The notes: generated from the letters alone by a model not told the origin. A stretch of 64,000 bases of DNA from an uncultured delta proteobacterium (GCA_963804165.1 CAWDPO010000046.1:64001-128000), one strand, 5' to 3'; positions 9,410 through 18,640 are shown, numbered from the stretch's first letter. Numbers and translations are program-made.

Positions 9410-9948
9410 GTCACCCATGTGTCCTCTTAATTAGTAAACCCAACTGCCGTAGTAAATTGTCGCTATCACGATCTCTGCAATCGGCATTCTTACCACCGAG
9501 GCACTGAGACAATCCGACACGATGAAGGTAGAAATCTCGATGCGTCGATCGTCTAGCCGTGGGTTCCCCAACGGGCGAAAAATCCGCGGTTCGCGTTTCT
9601 TATTGCTAGGGTTGGTGAAACCGTGTTAAGCGGCATGTGCCGCAATAGCATGAATTTGGGGTGCGGCTCTGATGAGCGAAACTCCCGATGTTTCAACTGA
9701 TCAACGGAACCATAGAATGCGCTGAGTGCAGGCACGAGATTCGCCACGGCGATGAATTCAATTGTCATTCCTGCGGGGCGAGTATCTGCGACAGTTGCCT
9801 CTTTTATCATGAAGATGGGTGCCTTTTGGCAATTCCAGGCGAAAAGAATTTTCATTGACTAGAAAAATGATTTTATCGGCTACTTGATAAAAGCAGGATT
9901 TCCCGCAGAGGAACAGGGCGGCGAAGCCGCAACCGAGACTCGGATTAT

Positions 9949-10060
9949 CTCGCGCAAAGACGCAAAGGCCGCAAAGGTCGGAGAAAATGGGTCAAAATCA
10001 TTTTGTAAGAGTTTTTATCTTTCCCCTTCCAAACTTGGCGACTTTGCGCCTTGGCGGGAG
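9949..10060. repeat. Palindromic 9-nt tandem repeat element (cgcaaagnn / ctttgcgnn)
   Basis: cgcgcaaagacgcaaaggccgcaaag...cttggcgactttgcgccttggcg. Confidence 0.7.
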
Positions 10061-10131
10061 GAATTTCCGACTCCGAGTGCTTTCAGCCGTCCGACGTCGG
10101 ACCGTCACGATTCACGAGCACGTACACGGTC

Positions 10132-10905
10132 TTACTGCTTGCCTGCCTCCTCATTCAGATCGAACTCCGCGATAACCGGCGCATGATCACTCGTCCCCAC
10201 CTCGCGATAGGCGGCGCACCGGGCGGCTTTCACCGCCAAGGGTTGGCTCGCCAGGATGTAATCGATGCGCCAACCGATATTGCGCTCGCGCAACTTGCGC
10301 CAGGGCGCCCACCAGGTGAAAAGATTCTCATTGTCCGGGTCGAGCGCGCGGCCGACATCGACAAGTCCGCGCGCCAGGATGCGCTCGAAGATTTCTCTTT
10401 CCTCGGGGCGCTGTCCCACCACGTTGGGGTTGCGCTCTTTGGGATGCACGTCGCGTTCGCTGCGCGCGATATTGATGTCGCCGCACAAGACGACGCGCAT
10501 GCCGCCGGCGTGAGCTTCGCCGATGAACGCCTCCATCTGCTGCAAAAAGTCCATCTTCGCGGGAAAATCTTTGCCGCCGTTCGGCACATAGACTGAGGCG
10601 AAGAGAAGATCACCGACCTGCGCTGTCACGATACGAGTTTCGACGTCGAAGGTGGGATGGCGAAACAACGGCTCGTCGGCAAATGCGTCGCGCCGGATGT
10701 GGAGCCCCACACCCGAGTAGGCGCGCTCGCCGTGCCAGTAACAGCGATATCCCTGGAACTCGCAGAGCGCCGCCGGCACCTGGGCCACGGTCGATTTGAG
10801 CTCCTGCAGGCAGACCACGTCCGGCCGCTCGCGCTCGATCCATTCAAGAACCTGAGCCCCGCGCGCACGGATCCCGTTAACGTTCCAGGTGGCGATTTTC
10901 AGCAT
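10132..10905 (-). CDS. xth: Exodeoxyribonuclease III / AP endonuclease
   Basis: KIATWNVNGIRAR, DVVCLQELK, YSGV, SVYVPNG, GDINIA, GWRIDY, SDHAPV. Confidence 0.95.
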   Translation of the reverse strand: MLKIATWNVNGIRARGAQVLEWIERERPDVVCLQELKSTVAQVPAALCEFQGYRCYWHGERAYSGVGLHIRRDAFADEPLFRHPTFDVETRIVTAQVGDLLFASVYVPNGGKDFPAKMDFLQQMEAFIGEAHAGGMRVVLCGDINIARSERDVHPKERNPNVVGQRPEEREIFERILARGLVDVGRALDPDNENLFTWWAPWRKLRERNIGWRIDYILASQPLAVKAARCAAYREVGTSDHAPVIAEFDLNEEAGKQ

Positions 10906-10980
10906 TTGGCAAAATTATAGAAAGAGACCAGGCGATGTTCAAACACGGGGGACGACTGAATGAAAGATTCGGATCGTTCA

Positions 10981-11083
10981 CCGCGGAGGTGCGGCGTGGT
11001 GCGCCGCCGTCGGTTTTGTCCGGCACGCGTGATTTACCCAGGTCTTGAACCGCCATCCATGTCGACACTCTTAATCAGGCGGC
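10981..11083 (-). mobile_element. Diverged copy of the last ~16 codons and downstream flank of the Y1 transposase
   Basis: Direct repeat of 13188..13289 with about 15 differences in 103 nt by manual alignment; RLIKSVDMDGGSRPG* versus RLIKSIDKDGGSRPE*. Confidence 0.85.
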
Positions 11084-11250
11084 CAACTTTGTGTGCTAAC
11101 CTATCGGTCAACTGTAGCCGCCAAACCCTAAAGCCCAAGATGTTGTGCTTTGTGATAGGTTTTTGGAAAATCCATTTCACAAAATGAACGGAATGTTTCG
11201 CATCAATTGATAAAACCGACATGCCATAGAAAGTGGGAGACATACCAACC

Positions 11251-13107
11251 ATGAACTCAGCTGAAGGCGGCGGTGCGTTAGATGTGTCTATAGCAGCCGC
11301 GCAGTTTTTCGGCGCGAGCACGTGGATCACGCTGGGAGCAGCACTACTAGTGAGCACGGCCGCTTTCGTGGTCATGCGTCTCTACGTGCGAACGGTCTTC
11401 CGCGAGAGCCAGCGTAGCGCGTCACTTCCGCAAGCTGGCTCAGGTGTGGAGGACGGCGCTCGGCCGCCGCTACTATCGGCGCTCGGTCCTTTGGAAATCC
11501 AAACCGAGAAGCCTGGTGGGCCTGCCGGTCCACCGCCTGCGCGGTCGCCGACCTTCCAGCATGCCGAAACCGCTCTGCACCGTGCGGCGCGTTTCTATGC
11601 TCTCGGCGGCTCCATCCACGCTGCGACATCCGTGGGCTTGCTCTTCCTATTTGGGATCTATTCCCTCCCGTCCATATCATCCCGGTTGACGACGTTGGCG
11701 TGTTATGCGGCCGTGTTTTGGTCGTGGTCTTTCATCACGATGATCGCGCTCGCTCTGTTTTTGGGCCCGGACCGCCGCCTCCGTGGACTCCTTATCTTGG
11801 GGTACGTAGGCACGCTTCCAGCAATGGGCGTGCTACTGCAGCTCGCGGGCGCTCCAGCGCTTCCCCTGCCAGACGTCGGACTGATGCCGAAGGACCAGGC
11901 AGCTCTACTACTTTCGTTCGCCAGCGCGGTGACGGGGCAGCAGGTTACCGCTGAAGCAGTGACGTTCTCGCCACTCTCACAACCGATTCTATTCTGGAGC
12001 CTGAGCGCAGCCCCCGTGATAATTCCCTTTGTCGCCTTTAATCGATTTATTCGCGGGACTGTAGGACCGTTGTTTATCATCCTAGCGCTGATGATGGTTC
12101 TGTCGAGCTTTCTGATTATAGACCTGGTCCTCTACACATCTCCAGGCGTTTGGCTCGCGGGCCATATCAAGGGAATATTTGGTAGGTTTACCCATGGAGT
12201 TCTGATGGTCATCAGTCTCATGCTGTCGGCGGTCGTTGCTTGGTTCGGGCTGTTGTGGATCGCTCGCCGTTATCGCCGCATGCAGTTGAGCGATCAGACC
12301 TTCCTTTTGGATGCCCTGTGGCTCTCGGTCTCATTGTGCGTATCCGTCTATCTCCTAGGCAACAACGACCAATTCCGCTACTTGCTCGGATTACTGCCCT
12401 TTGCCCTTTACAAGATTACCGTCGGATATGGACTAAAGCGAATTGCGGCGCGTGCGGAACCCCTGCCGAAGGCGCGCCTGCTTTTTCTTCGCGTCTTCGG
12501 GTCACCGAGCCGATCCGAGAGGCTGTTCGACCTCCTCGCCGCGCGCTGGCGGTATGCGGGTAGTATTCAGCTTATCAGCGCTACGGACGTGGCCCGCGGT
12601 CGTTTTGAGCCCGACGAGTTCCTTGATTTTCTCAGCGGGCGGTTAGCCAGCGCCTACATCAGCACGGGCTCCGATCTCGACCGGCGTGTTGCAGGGCTCG
12701 ACGTTCGGCCCAACCCCGATGGGCGCTACCGTGTCAACGAATTCTTCTGCCGCGTCGATACGTGGCAGCAAACGGTGATAAGGCTGATGGCGCAGAGCGA
12801 TCTGGTGGCCATGGACCTGCGTGCTTTCACCTCCGAAAAGAAGGGTTGCATCTTCGAACTCGGCGCCCTGATCGATGAGGTGCCGCTGCACCGCGTAGTG
12901 CTGCTGATCGACCAAACCACCGACGAGCCGCTCTTGAGACGGACGCTCGCCGATCTGTGGCGAAGGATGAACCCTCAATCGCCCAACGCCTATGGCGGAA
13001 TCGCGCGCGTAAGGATGATCGATCTCGCCTGCGGCTATTCTGCCGCGGTACGTCGTCTCATGCAGCTTGGCGATGAGGTCATCGCATGCAACGGCATAGC
13101 GAACTAG
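11251..13107 (+). CDS. Multi-pass membrane protein with C-terminal TIR/NDT-like alpha/beta domain
   Basis: About 10 hydrophobic helices, then LLFLRVFG...WQQTVIRLM..SDLVAMDLRAF....GCIFELGAL. Alternative GTG start at 11233. Confidence 0.75.
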   Translation: MNSAEGGGALDVSIAAAQFFGASTWITLGAALLVSTAAFVVMRLYVRTVFRESQRSASLPQAGSGVEDGARPPLLSALGPLEIQTEKPGGPAGPPPARSPTFQHAETALHRAARFYALGGSIHAATSVGLLFLFGIYSLPSISSRLTTLACYAAVFWSWSFITMIALALFLGPDRRLRGLLILGYVGTLPAMGVLLQLAGAPALPLPDVGLMPKDQAALLLSFASAVTGQQVTAEAVTFSPLSQPILFWSLSAAPVIIPFVAFNRFIRGTVGPLFIILALMMVLSSFLIIDLVLYTSPGVWLAGHIKGIFGRFTHGVLMVISLMLSAVVAWFGLLWIARRYRRMQLSDQTFLLDALWLSVSLCVSVYLLGNNDQFRYLLGLLPFALYKITVGYGLKRIAARAEPLPKARLLFLRVFGSPSRSERLFDLLAARWRYAGSIQLISATDVARGRFEPDEFLDFLSGRLASAYISTGSDLDRRVAGLDVRPNPDGRYRVNEFFCRVDTWQQTVIRLMAQSDLVAMDLRAFTSEKKGCIFELGALIDEVPLHRVVLLIDQTTDEPLLRRTLADLWRRMNPQSPNAYGGIARVRMIDLACGYSAAVRRLMQLGDEVIACNGIAN

Positions 13108-13239
13108 GGTGATCCAGGCAGAAAGCCGTTTCAGAGCAGCGAACAGGGTCACCCATTAGCCGGCAGGTCAAGTAGGCACAGACCTTCCCGCGGAGGCGCG
13201 GCGTGGTGCGTCGCTGTCGCTTTTGTCGAAACGGGTGAT

Positions 13240-14112
13240 TTACTCAGGTCTTGAACCGCCGTCTTTGTCGATACTCTTGATCAGTCGGCTTACCGTCGAA
13301 TAGTGGAGCTTTAAATGGCGGGCGACTTCGATCTGACTGTAGCCGTGTTGGTCAACCGCATCTCGGATTGTTCGGTCCCGTGCCGTTTTCTTTTTCCCAC
13401 GCCCTTCAAATAGCTTCTCCAGACTGGGGCGATCGATAAGTCTTTGCCCCTTCGGTATCTCTCGGACATTCTGCTTGCTGGTTACATGGCCGCGGAGTGC
13501 ATCGGCGAATCCTTCCAACCCCAAAAGGCTCTGTGCCTCCAGATTTTCCCAGATGGTGGTGCCGTTGACTCCTTCCGTTACGTAGCTCCGGTATTTCTCC
13601 TGAGCCGGGCCTCGCCTCTGGCCAAAATGGCTGAGGATTTCTTCGACCGTTAGACAACGGGGAGACGCGGTTAGTCCGCCGGTCGCGCGGTAGCTGCTCC
13701 ACGCCCACTCTCTGGGATGCTTGACGGCTTTGGCCCTTACCGGATTGAGCACCACGTAGCGGCAGACTTCGAGAAAGTGGCTTTCTTTCTGAACCAAGAT
13801 CCCTTTAAACCGTCCCTGAAATAGATGCCCGACTCGATGGTGGCGTCGATTGAATGCTTGAGTGTAAACGCCATTCAGCTGGCGCATTCCCTTGGATAAG
13901 TTCCCATCCGGTGTCTCGATCACCAGATGGTAGTGATTGTTCATCAAACAGTAAGCGTGGCAGAGCCAGTGAAAGCGCTCAGTGACTCGGAAAAGGGTAG
14001 CGAGAAACAATTCGCGGTCGGTATCGTCCCTAAATATCGCTTTTCGCTCGTTACCTCGAGAAGTGACGTGGTACAGCGCTCCGTCGTATTCGATCCGTAG
14101 TGGGCGAGCCAT
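13240..14112 (-). mobile_element. HUH/Y1 transposase (IS200-fold, RAYT-like) with C-terminal HTH
   Basis: MARPLR, YHVTSRGN, AYCLMNNHYHL (HUH), GHLFQGRF, catalytic Tyr in RYVVLNPVRA, WSSY, and the HTH YSQIEVARHLKLHYSTVSRL. Confidence 0.92.
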
Positions 14113-14120
14113 GGATGGGA

Positions 14121-14149
14121 AACATAGGAGGAACAAGCAAAATTGTCAA
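14121..14149 (-). promoter_or_regulatory. sigma70 promoter of the transposase (near-leaderless)
   Basis: On the minus strand TTGACA-N17-TATGTT, ending 8 nt before the ATG at 14112; no Shine-Dalgarno. Confidence 0.65.
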
Positions 14150-14298
14150 GAGTAAAGACCTGACCCCTTTGACCCCTTTGATTTTTTTGTAGGGGCGGGC
14201 CATAGCTGCAGACTTTAGGCGATGACTTGCCAATTGTCAAGATTAAAGACCTGACCCTAAGACGTTTGACCCTAAGACGTTCTCTCTCTAAGACGTTT
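14141..14298. repeat. Two copies of a 26-nt end motif plus short tandem repeats
   Basis: AATTGTCAAGA(G/T)TAAAGACCTGACCC at 14141-14166 and 14232-14257; TGACCCCTT x2; CTAAGACGTT x3; GTAGGGGCG half-REP at 14189. Confidence 0.85.
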
Positions 14299-14446
14299 GC
14301 AATTGTGATTTCTCGTGGTTACACGTGCTACGAGAATCCCGAATCCTCGTGTCGTTTTGGTTGGTTTGGATTGTGATTTGACTCACTCTGGAGTTGCGGG
14401 CTATGCCTCGGGGATTGCACAGCCCCGAGGCATAGATGGGCATTGG

Positions 14447-15586
14447 TTAACGAAGATTCTGGAAACCGAGGATTTGACTCATGATGTTGTCCAAGATCGA
14501 ATAATTTCCGTCATCGTTGCGGCCATATCGATAGCGGCTGTTGTATCCATCCTCATAACCGCGTCGGAAACCCTCACGGAAGTAGTGGTTGTAATCGGTC
14601 CGGTTTACGTAATAGCCGTTATAACCGTAGTTTGCGTCCCGATAGGCATAAGAGTCTTTGTAGCCGCCACCGCGCCAACGGTCGTCGCGGTCTGCCTTGC
14701 CGGCGCGGAAGCCTTCTTCATATCCATATCTCACCGCCTGGCGTAGCGTCCTCGCACCATACTCATTGGTTTGGTAGTACTTGCCGCCACGGTTGTAACG
14801 ATAAATCGGCGCCGAGTAGAAATATGGGTCATTATCGTAGTCGAATCGATGGTCCCGTAAATAGATCTGCTGCTGCCGTAGGCGCGCGAGATACTCTTCT
14901 TGAAAGCGATACTGGGCCATGCGCTTTTGTTGCTGTAGCCGGGCTGCATGCTCTCGTGCGAGACGTTCCTCCTGTTCCAGATGTTGCCGGTATTGCGCTA
15001 CCAGTTGTTGCTGCTCTCTTATCCGCTGTTGTTGCTGCTGTTGGGACAGACGTTGTTGCTGTCTCTGTTGCTGAATCTGATCTTGCCTCTGTTGCTGCGC
15101 CCGTTCCTGCTGGATTTGCTGGGACTGGCGCTCAATCCGTTCTTGTTGCTGCTGTTGGCGCGCGCGTAGTTCCTTCTGGTACTGCTCCGATTTTCGCTGC
15201 GAGCGCTCGAGCTGCTGCTGGTCTTGCTTCTGCTTTTGCTCTTGCTGCTTCTGTTCCTGCTGAACGCGATGTTCCTGCTGCTTCTGCTCTTGCTCTGCTT
15301 TTCGTTGCGTGCGCTCGAGCTGCTGCTGGTCTTGCTTCTGCTTTTGCTCTTGCTGCTTCTGTTCCTGCTGAACGCGATGTTCCTGCTGCTTCTGCTCTTG
15401 CTCTGCTTTTCGCTGCGTGCGCTCGAGCTGCTGCTGATCTTTTCGCTGTTGCTGCTTCTCATCCTTTGCGCGCTTTTGTTCTTCCTGCACGCCTTGTTGC
15501 CCTTCGGCCGCTAAGACGAGCCCCGGCAACGCCAGGGTGCCGACTACAAGCGCAATCACTATCCGATCTACGATATCACTTTTCAT
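14447..15586 (-). CDS. Secreted Gln-rich coiled-coil protein with Tyr/Gly-rich C-terminal domain
   Basis: AGGAGGAG RBS; signal peptide ending VLA-AE; long Q/E/K/R region; GYEEGFRAG...YFREGFRRGYEDGY. Confidence 0.85.
   Translation of the reverse strand: MKSDIVDRIVIALVVGTLALPGLVLAAEGQQGVQEEQKRAKDEKQQQRKDQQQLERTQRKAEQEQKQQEHRVQQEQKQQEQKQKQDQQQLERTQRKAEQEQKQQEHRVQQEQKQQEQKQKQDQQQLERSQRKSEQYQKELRARQQQQQERIERQSQQIQQERAQQQRQDQIQQQRQQQRLSQQQQQQRIREQQQLVAQYRQHLEQEERLAREHAARLQQQKRMAQYRFQEEYLARLRQQQIYLRDHRFDYDNDPYFYSAPIYRYNRGGKYYQTNEYGARTLRQAVRYGYEEGFRAGKADRDDRWRGGGYKDSYAYRDANYGYNGYYVNRTDYNHYFREGFRRGYEDGYNSRYRYGRNDDGNYSILDNIMSQILGFQNLR
15191..15436. repeat. 108-nt (36-aa) intragenic tandem repeat, about 2.3 copies
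   Basis: GCTCGAGCTG recurs at 15205, 15313 and 15421; unit QQQLERTQRKAEQEQKQQEHRVQQEQKQQEQKQKQD. Confidence 0.9.
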
Positions 15587-15854
15587 GGTTCTCCTCCTGA
15601 ACATTCGGGCACATCCATTGAGATCAAGCGTAATCGTGAACACTTTCACGAGGCGCTAACCTCGGTGCCGTATTTTGTTTCGCTACATCTTCTTAGACGG
15701 GTTAGCGTCGATTATCTTGCAATCTGGGCAAAGAATGACGGCCGACTAAACTCTCATGAGGCATTGCCGCCTCAACGAATCAGAGTTCGGCGAAAGTTCC
15801 GATTGATGTTCCGCTTTTGGGAAACAGAGCGACTTCAACCCATTGAAACAACTC

Positions 15855-15893
15855 GATTACCGGCGCTTGCTGGCTCGGTGCGATATTGTAACG
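15855..15893 (-). pseudogene. Short remnant resembling SOS response-associated peptidase (SRAP/YedK)
   Basis: RYNIAPSQQAPVI matches the SRAP RYNxAP(T/S)Q..PV motif; no MCGR start and no rest of the gene. Confidence 0.45.
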
Positions 15894-15943
15894 CGCTTCG
15901 CCAAAAAGCGAGTTGACATAACCCAATCGAACGAATAGTGGTC

Positions 15944-16280
15944 CCACCCGCCAAACTCAGCAGAGTTGTGGACCGCTGCCGGTGCTACAGACATTTCGGG
16001 CAAAGAGCCGTTCTCCCGGCGTGGCGGGTTGCGGAAAGGAACGGGTGATTGTCCCAGGGCCGGGGCGTCGGAACTGCTTGATGGCGGTTCGACGCACCGG
16101 CTTCCGATTCTTCAGTGCCATCGCGCATTTTTGTTTCTGGCAAAGCACTCGCAGAGTGGTGAGATTTTTCACGTTCCCAGGCATCTTTACTGGAATGCAA
16201 GACAGATGTCTTGCCGAACCATATCGGCGAAGGCCGCGTACCAAGGCGAGGGCACGAATTCCGTAAACCTGCTTCTGGGA
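15944..16280 (+). ncRNA. Candidate structured RNA or leader (unassigned)
   Basis: TTGACA at 15913 with a weak -10; stems ACCCGCCA/TGGCGGGT, CCGTTC/GAACGG, a long hairpin at 16060-16100, CACTC/GAGTG, GCCGA/TCGGC, CCCAG/CTGGG; no convincing ORF. Confidence 0.3.
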
Positions 16281-16336
16281 TGACCGTTTTAAACCCTAAT
16301 TGCCTACTGAGTGCGTTCCGAGCTATTGATGGGGTC

Positions 16337-17067
16337 ATGCCCCAGGTTGGTTTCGATTACTTACGACAATTCGAGGTGAGCGATTCTTCGCTTGTGCTTC
16401 GGCGCTATATGAGCCACTGCAAATTCAGCCAAACTGTCAAGTCGGGCACTCTCTACTTTGCAGCTGCATCTTCTTTTTCGGACGAGCTAGAAGGCCATCA
16501 TACCAACCTTGACAATGATCTATCTGATGCCCAATTGGCGCGATGGGGGCTCGACCTCAAAGCGCGGACAGTCGCATCGGAAAGCAGGGCCATCGTTGCA
16601 AAACATAACCAACAAGCAGTTGTAATTAGTTGCTGGACCGGTGGAATCACGAGAGTCTCCGGATGTGGTCGGAGTATGCACAAGGCGCGGAAGCTGTTGC
16701 GATCGAGACAACCGTCGGCGACTTGAGGCGCGCTCTAGGACCCGATTTTCTGATCGTTTGTGTTCGCTATCTTGATTTTTTGAAGCAATCGGTACCAAAG
16801 GAACATTCGCTTTTACCGTTCTTTTTCAAGCGCCGTTGTTATGAATGGGAACAGGAAGTCCGTGTTATTGGCGAAATGGAGGTGGGGAAGCGTGTTGGAA
16901 GCCCACGCCTGGTGCCTATAGATCTACACGCCACGCTAGGGAGAATTGTAATTTCTCCATTTGCATCAGCCGATTACTCCCAGACCGTTGGGTCACTGCT
17001 TAATGCACGATCAGTCTCGTTGCCAGTGCACGATTCTACGCTTCGGAGAGATTTACCTGTAAAATAG
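16337..17067 (+). CDS. DUF2971-like protein, one frameshift near 16643
   Basis: LRRYMS..KF....GTLYF....F.DELEG, ISCW, then HESLRMWSEYA, VAIETT, FFFKRRCYEWEQEVR. Confidence 0.75.
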
Positions 17068-17264
17068 CGCTCACGAGGTTTTACGATATAAGTCGAAGCG
17101 AGAGCGAATCCAACTTCCAGTCGTGGCTACCGAATCAACCGCGTAGTAGGAATGTGCTGCGAAGAGGATCCACAATCCTCATGTCGGCTGGGTTCTATCC
17201 TCCTGTTCACAGGCACCCTTTCTACCGCCACGCCATGTTAGGGGACCAGAGAGCAGGGCCGTAA

Positions 17265-18158
17265 TCAGTGCTTCACCTTCACCGCCAGAGCGGCGATCCC
17301 GTCCAACTCTGCTAAGGTTTGCGGTGACAGTGTCAACTGACCGGCGGCCATGTTCTCGCGGAGGTGGGCGACCGATGACGTCCCGGGGATCAACAGGATG
17401 TTGGACGACCGGTGCAGCAGCCACGCCAGCGCGACCTGCATCGGCGTGGCCCCGAGTCGGCCCGCAGCGTCCGACAGAGTCGACGACTGCAGCGGCGTAA
17501 ACCCACCGAGCGGGAAGAAGGGCACGTATGCGATGCCCTGCCGGACCAAGTGGTCGATCAGGGCGTCGTCCTGGCGATAGACCACGTTGTAGTTGTTCTG
17601 CACGCACACAATGTCGGTGATCGCCTGCGCCTCTGCTACCTGGGCGGCCGTGACGTTGCTCAGACCGATATGACGGATCAGCCCCTTGCGTCGGAGGTCA
17701 GCCAGCACCGTCACCTGCTCGGCGATGGACCCCTCCTCGAGGCCGTGGCCCGAACCCATCACGCGGTAGTTGACGATGTCGAGCGCGTCCAGGCCCAGGT
17801 TACGGAGGTTGTCATGGACACCGGCGGTCAGGTCTTCGGGCGAGATGGCCAGCTGCCACGACTTGTCGGGCGGCCGGCGGGCTCCGAGCTTGGTGACGAT
17901 CACCAACTCTGTCGGGTAGGGATGCAGAGCCTGCCGAATTATCTGGTTAGTGACGTGCGGGCCATAGAAGTCAGACGTGTCGATATGGTTCACGCCAGCC
18001 GCGACAGCCTCGCGGAGGACCGCGACGGCACCGTCCGGGTCGTTGGGCGGTCCCCACACGCCGGGGCCGGCCAACTGCATCGCGCCGTACCCTATCCGTT
18101 GGACCGTCAATGACGTGCCGGGAAACGTGAACTGGCCGCCGAGCTTGGATTCGCTCAT
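17265..18158 (-). CDS. Aldo/keto reductase (YdbC-like)
   Basis: RIGYGAMQLAG, HIDTSDFYG, IVTK, GLIRHIGLSNV, VQNNYN, LIPGTSS..HL.EN; GGAG RBS. Appears more GC-rich than its neighbours. Confidence 0.92.
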   Translation of the reverse strand: MSESKLGGQFTFPGTSLTVQRIGYGAMQLAGPGVWGPPNDPDGAVAVLREAVAAGVNHIDTSDFYGPHVTNQIIRQALHPYPTELVIVTKLGARRPPDKSWQLAISPEDLTAGVHDNLRNLGLDALDIVNYRVMGSGHGLEEGSIAEQVTVLADLRRKGLIRHIGLSNVTAAQVAEAQAITDIVCVQNNYNVVYRQDDALIDHLVRQGIAYVPFFPLGGFTPLQSSTLSDAAGRLGATPMQVALAWLLHRSSNILLIPGTSSVAHLRENMAAGQLTLSPQTLAELDGIAALAVKVKH

Positions 18159-18367
18159 TGTGTTGCTCCTTTCCAGTGCTGACAGGAGCAAGCAAACGCG
18201 ATACGTTACAGAAGTCAAATACTGCAACTAATAATGTGAAACCAAAGCTGGCTGGAACTCTTCGGTAAGCTGATTTGTTGTATTGCGTCGCAGTACTCGG
18301 CATGAGAATCTGCAATCCTCATGTCCTTTGTTCATTCGAAGCGGGCGAGCGAGCGTGATACTCGGAG

Positions 18368-18640
18368 TTAACCCTTCTCGTCTTTCAGTACTTCGCGGAT
18401 ATAGTCACGGCTTTTCCATTCAGGTTCGGGAGGTGTGTAATCGCGCCGCGGGGAATAGACAGACTCGTCGATGAACTCCATCTTTGGAATATAGCGTGGG
18501 CAGTTATAGAAGATGTACTCGGCGGTCACACGCATGAGCCGTTTTGCACCAGGCAGTTCGGCGATCGCCTCTCGGCTCTCGTCGAGGTACGCTTTGCCCG
18601 TGATCCGTCTTAAGGCAGTGGGACTTGATAGATCTAACAC
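18368..18640 (-). pseudogene. C-terminal remnant of a pyridoxamine 5'-phosphate oxidase-family protein
   Basis: RITGKA...IFYNCPRYIPKM...SVYSPR...PEPEWK; N-terminal half absent. Confidence 0.65.

Noticed and set aside
9184-9418. Short matches (ccgtttcaga, ggtcacccat) to 13126-13156 suggesting island boundary repeats
   Set aside because: Two ~10-nt matches with different spacing; compatible with chance.
9553-9855. 100-aa ORF and the short ORFs at 21005-21415, 51159-51531 and 55518..56360
   Set aside because: No RBS, no motifs and atypical composition; cannot be supported as genes.
14141-14298. Possible mini CRISPR array
   Set aside because: Only two 26-nt copies, no cas genes, and the motif is explained as a transposase-associated end.
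16030-16275. Cobalamin riboswitch, group II intron domain V or tRNA
   Set aside because: Only partial resemblance. GGGAA, GCAACTGT and GCCACTG are missing, the GAGCCG stem does not close, GGTTCGA lacks a T-stem, and no B12-related gene follows. Kept only as an unassigned structured region.
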